From: an uncultured Micavibrio sp.
Lineage (GTDB): Bacteria > Pseudomonadota > Alphaproteobacteria > Micavibrionales > UBA2020
NCBI GenBank assembly: GCA_964551435.1
Contig: CAZKBS010000009.1
Coordinates: 709 to 64,708, forward strand
Length of the DNA: 64,000 bases
Direction: 5' to 3'
In this document: one piece after another, positions 60,632 through 64,000 of the stretch
How the letters are laid out: each line of letters starts with the position of its first letter
Numbering within the stretch: the first letter of the stretch is position 1
Position numbers and translations under genes: made by a program
Notes under the pieces: generated by a model
The model's input: the letters and a program-made list of their open reading frames with translations, nothing else
Database searches by the model: none
Told to the model about the DNA's origin: nothing

Positions 60632-61132
60632 ATGCAGCAGATTCTCAAAAACACTTTCGCGGCGGCGGTTTTTTTATATGTGTTTGGCGGTGCGGTGGTA
60701 CTGGCGCAAGCGGCGCAGGTGGGTACGGTCACGGTCAACGGTGCGGTGCCGCTGGCCTGCGATATTGTCGTGACAGCAGAAGCAGGGGCCAGCAATATCG
60801 CCGATATTTCCGTAGGCGATACCGACCGCCTGATCGCCACCGTCACCGAAAGCTGTAACGATCCGGACGGCTATACCGTCAGCCTTGTCGGTACCAATTC
60901 CGGTGACCACACGGGGCTGTTCGTTGATTCGGTCAGTGGCGACAATCATCCCTTCACCGTCGCCTACGATGGCGTGCCGGTACCGGCCGGCGGGCTGGTG
61001 ACGGATTCGAACGCGCCGCAAAACAATCTCAGCCGCGATGTGCGCATCACCTACGGTGCCGCGCCGCTCTTGACACCGACGGTGGGCTTTACCTATGCCG
61101 AAACCCTGACGTTCACGATTGCGGCGAAGTAG
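60632..61132 (+). CDS. Putative fimbrial major subunit (possibly SCPU/Csu-like)
   Basis: Signal peptide, a two-Cys beta-rich ~140-aa mature protein, and position directly upstream of the chaperone and usher. Start at MQQILKN (the track ORF starts 34 codons upstream). Confidence 0.55.
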   Translation: MQQILKNTFAAAVFLYVFGGAVVLAQAAQVGTVTVNGAVPLACDIVVTAEAGASNIADISVGDTDRLIATVTESCNDPDGYTVSLVGTNSGDHTGLFVDSVSGDNHPFTVAYDGVPVPAGGLVTDSNAPQNNLSRDVRITYGAAPLLTPTVGFTYAETLTFTIAAK

Positions 61133-61140
61133 GGCGGGGT

Positions 61141-61905
61141 ATGCGCGGTTTCTATCGTCTTTCGGCCCTTGGCGCGGCGCTGGTGTTCGTCCTATTGCTG
61201 GCAACGCCCGCCGCCGCGCTGAGGCTATTACCGTTCAAGGCGGCGATTGTGGTGTCTCCGTCTTCTGTCGCCGCAAAGGGCGGTGCGGTGCAGGTCTTCC
61301 GGCTTGAAAACAACACAAACGGCGCCGTCGCGGTCGAGGTTTATGCCGAGACATGGGATGTCGATGCCGATGGCGTTGAAACCAATCAACCCGCAAAGAA
61401 CCTGTTCAGCATTTTTCCGGCGCAGCTGGTCGTACCGCCGCGCGAAAGCCGCGCGGTGCGTGTCGTCTGGCTGGGTGATGCGCCTGCGCGGGAAAAAGCC
61501 TTCCGCCTTGTCGCGGCGCAGCTGCCGGTTGATTTGAAGGACGCGGCGGCAGACGGCGCGGCCGTACGCTTTTTGCTGCGTTTCAAAGCGGCGCTTTATA
61601 TCCGCCCCGCGCAGGAGGTCAAAAGCGATATCCGCGCTGAAACCGCGGAAATACTGCCGGATGGCCGGTTGCGCCTGACGCTGCATAACTACGGCGATGT
61701 GCATGCACTCCTGCGCCGCCCGCGCCTGACGCTGGTGCTGGCGGCGGGCAATAAAATGGAGCTGCCGGAATCTGCATTAAAACCGCTTGAGGGGCAAAAT
61801 ATCCATGCGGGCGCGCAGCGCCTGTTTACCCTTGCCGGATTGCCGTCCTTGCCGCGAAGCGCGGCGATTGCGCGCGCCGAGTTCGCCTATGACGACATGT
61901 TCTAG
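61141..61905 (+). CDS. Periplasmic fimbrial chaperone (PapD-like)
   Basis: Signal peptide. The pattern VQVFRLENNTNGAVAVEV...LVVPPRESRAVRVVW...EKAFRLVAAQLP is typical of pilus chaperones. Confidence 0.72.
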   Translation: MRGFYRLSALGAALVFVLLLATPAAALRLLPFKAAIVVSPSSVAAKGGAVQVFRLENNTNGAVAVEVYAETWDVDADGVETNQPAKNLFSIFPAQLVVPPRESRAVRVVWLGDAPAREKAFRLVAAQLPVDLKDAAADGAAVRFLLRFKAALYIRPAQEVKSDIRAETAEILPDGRLRLTLHNYGDVHALLRRPRLTLVLAAGNKMELPESALKPLEGQNIHAGAQRLFTLAGLPSLPRSAAIARAEFAYDDMF

Positions 61906-64000
61906 TTTTTTTTACAGGGCGCTTTGCGCGCTTTATTTTCTGTGCGTTTTGAACGTGCCCTGTCATGCCGAAGAGGCGGCCGCCCGAATTCCCGTGGTGA
62001 CGGAAGGCCGCCTTGCCGGTTTCGTCGATGCCGTGCAAACACCGGACGGGCATATCCGTATCAAGGCAGAGGGCCTGTCGCAGTGGGTGGAAAACCGCAT
62101 GAATGAAACGGCCGCCGCACAGTTTACGGCCATAACATCCCGCGGCGGCTTTTTGCCGCCGGATGATTTTGCGCCTGCGGGGCTTGCCATCATTTACGAT
62201 GATTTCGATGCTGTTTTGCGCCTGACGCCGGACCCCGCGCAGCTGCGGCGCATGGAAATTTCGGTGAAATCGCCGCAAGTGACGCCCGATGACAGCGTGG
62301 TCATGCCGGCAGCTCTTTCGGCCTATGTGAACCTGCGCGGCGGGGTCGAATACGTATCGGGCAGCGATGCCGCAGGCAATGGCCGCCAGCCCGCGCGGCT
62401 TGATATCGATGGCGCCGTTCACTGGCGCGGCACGGTGCTGGAGGCGCAGGCGGATTATCTTGAAAACGACCCCGACGCCTTCCGCCGTGGCGATGTCCGA
62501 CTTGTGCACGATTTTCCGGCGCAAATGCTGCGTGCGGCGGCGGGTGATCTGTCGTATCCGGTAACATCTTTCCAGTCGTTCCAGCCGATGCTGGGGGTCA
62601 GTCTTGCGCGTAACTTTACGCTCCAGCCTTACCGCGTGACGACGCCGACGGGCGATACGTCTTTTGTGGTTCAATCGCCATCGCGCGTCGATATCCTTGT
62701 CAACGGCCAGCGTATCCGCAGCCTGCGTCTGGACTCCGGCAGCTATGATATCAGCGATTTTCCGGTGGCGGATGGGGCGAATGACGTATCGCTTGTCATC
62801 ACCGATGCGACGGGGAATGTGGAGGTCAAGCGCTTTCCGCTGCTGGGTGACCGCCAGCTGCTCAAACAGGGGCTGCATGCCTATGCCTATAGCGCCGGCA
62901 TTCGCGCCGATAAAGAGAACCGCGATATTAAATACGATGCGGGTGCGCCCGTTTTTTCCGGATTTCACCGCTATGGCGTCAGCGAAACGCTCACGCTGGG
63001 CGCACAGGCGCAGGGCGATGCGGATGTGCAGCAGGCGGGGCTCTCGGCGCTCAAAGCGACAGCGCTCGGGACATTCGGACTGGATGCGGCGGGCAGTCGC
63101 GTCCGCAGCGCAGGGGCGGATGCAGCTTTGCAGCTGTCATACCGTCTGGCGGATGTTACGGCGCGGCGCGATTTTTCGGCGCAGCTGCGCTGGCGCGGCG
63201 ATGATTTTGCGGCGCTGGGGCAGCCGAACCCCGTCAATCCATCCGCAGCGGAGGTGGCGGCACGGTATAATTTTATGATGGGCCAAGCCGTGACAGCAGG
63301 GATTGGCGGGCGTTATCGCTTCGGGCGCGGTAGCGGCGCAGATGACTGGTCATATACATTTACCGCAGGCCGCAGTTTTCAAAAAGGCCTGACCGTATCG
63401 CTGAATGCCGAACATCGGCGGCAGGAGGGTATCGGCGCCTTCGTCACGCTGACATGGTCGCCACCGTCTTCGCCGCATAGTTTTCAGGCGGTCAGCGATA
63501 CGTTTGCGCAGACGCAGGAAGCGCGCTGGGATTATCGACCGGCGCAGGATATCGGCGCGCCGCAAGCCTATGCGGCGCTGCTGCGTCAGGACGGCGGCGG
63601 GGCGCAGGCGATGGGCGGTATCGCCTATCGCGGCTACCGCGGGGAGGCGGCGCTGCGGCATGATATCTACCGCGACATGGATGGCCGCAGCGAAGAGCGC
63701 AGCCAGATGCTGGCAGGTGCGGCGCTTGCCTATGCGGATGGCCTGCTGGCCGTCTCGCGGCCTATCAGCGGCAGTTTTGTGATGCTGCGGCGGCATGAAA
63801 CGCTGGATACGGGGGCGATTGGCATCAATGCGTCGGTTGCGCAAAGCCGGAATGAAAAAGATGCGTTTCGTGCGCGTATCGATGCCTTCGGCCCCGCCGT
63901 TCTGCCGGATGCAACGCCCTATATGTACTATCCGGTGCGCATTGATACGCGGTTTTTGCCTGTGGGATACGATATCGGGCGCGATCTTTATACCGTATTT
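61889..64000 (+). CDS. Outer-membrane fimbrial usher (3' end outside window)
   Basis: I translated this myself; it is absent from the ORF track. ATG 61889 overlaps the chaperone end, giving 704 open codons to the window edge. It has a signal peptide (CHAEEAA) and a Gly/Tyr/Arg-rich beta-barrel-like sequence in the usher position. Confidence 0.72.
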   Translation, partial: MTTCSSFFYRALCALYFLCVLNVPCHAEEAAARIPVVTEGRLAGFVDAVQTPDGHIRIKAEGLSQWVENRMNETAAAQFTAITSRGGFLPPDDFAPAGLAIIYDDFDAVLRLTPDPAQLRRMEISVKSPQVTPDDSVVMPAALSAYVNLRGGVEYVSGSDAAGNGRQPARLDIDGAVHWRGTVLEAQADYLENDPDAFRRGDVRLVHDFPAQMLRAAAGDLSYPVTSFQSFQPMLGVSLARNFTLQPYRVTTPTGDTSFVVQSPSRVDILVNGQRIRSLRLDSGSYDISDFPVADGANDVSLVITDATGNVEVKRFPLLGDRQLLKQGLHAYAYSAGIRADKENRDIKYDAGAPVFSGFHRYGVSETLTLGAQAQGDADVQQAGLSALKATALGTFGLDAAGSRVRSAGADAALQLSYRLADVTARRDFSAQLRWRGDDFAALGQPNPVNPSAAEVAARYNFMMGQAVTAGIGGRYRFGRGSGADDWSYTFTAGRSFQKGLTVSLNAEHRRQEGIGAFVTLTWSPPSSPHSFQAVSDTFAQTQEARWDYRPAQDIGAPQAYAALLRQDGGGAQAMGGIAYRGYRGEAALRHDIYRDMDGRSEERSQMLAGAALAYADGLLAVSRPISGSFVMLRRHETLDTGAIGINASVAQSRNEKDAFRARIDAFGPAVLPDATPYMYYPVRIDTRFLPVGYDIGRDLYTVF

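Noticed and set aside
61826-62968. 380-aa minus-strand ORF overlapping the start of the usher gene
   Set aside because: It is Arg-rich (RRRR runs) and antisense to a 704-codon open frame that has a signal peptide and sits in the usher position of a pilus cluster.

Overview
Densely coding chromosomal segment (about 60 CDS) that looks alphaproteobacterial from gene content and synteny: mdh-sucCDAB...lpdA, lptGF divergent from pepA, holC, DUF2336. It is moderately GC-rich by eye. I found no rRNA, tRNA, CRISPR array, transposase or integrase. All family assignments come from reading the translations (motifs and remembered family signatures), not from database searches. The housekeeping backbone is: ettA (5' truncated), mlaC/mlaA, lptG/lptF, pepA, an LplT-PlsC-Aas fusion, holC, an M23 peptidase, fabI-aroC, sppA, an SLT transglycosylase, an acyl-CoA dehydrogenase, zapE, the TCA block, a five-step histidine-utilisation cluster (hutU-hutH-hutG, hutI, hutF), mscL, rimO and an epmB-like gene. 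Between these lie accessory or orphan elements. (1) A four-gene cassette splits sucB from lpdA: exported hydrolase, DUF433/DUF5615 TA-like pair, and a 331-aa Cys/His-motif orphan. (2) A 1185-aa leaderless orphan has repeated C-terminal modules. (3) Several leaderless proteins (C39-like peptidase, HExxH protein, ankyrin protein, the orphans) end in Lys/Arg/Pro-rich tails. (4) A standalone exported EndoU nuclease sits beside a decayed alcohol dehydrogenase. (5) An orphan Rap1a/Tai4-like gene is present. (6) An ECF sigma module is flanked by LTxxQ-type periplasmic proteins and an entericidin-like lipoprotein. (7) A 7-Cys mini-protein is present. (8) A strand-specific orphan terminator defines a candidate sRNA. 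(9) A chaperone-usher pilus cluster runs off the 3' edge; its usher ORF is missing from the supplied ORF track. The most promising candidates for something undescribed are the sucB-lpdA cassette, the giant repeat protein and the shared C-terminal tails. None can be assigned a function from sequence alone.
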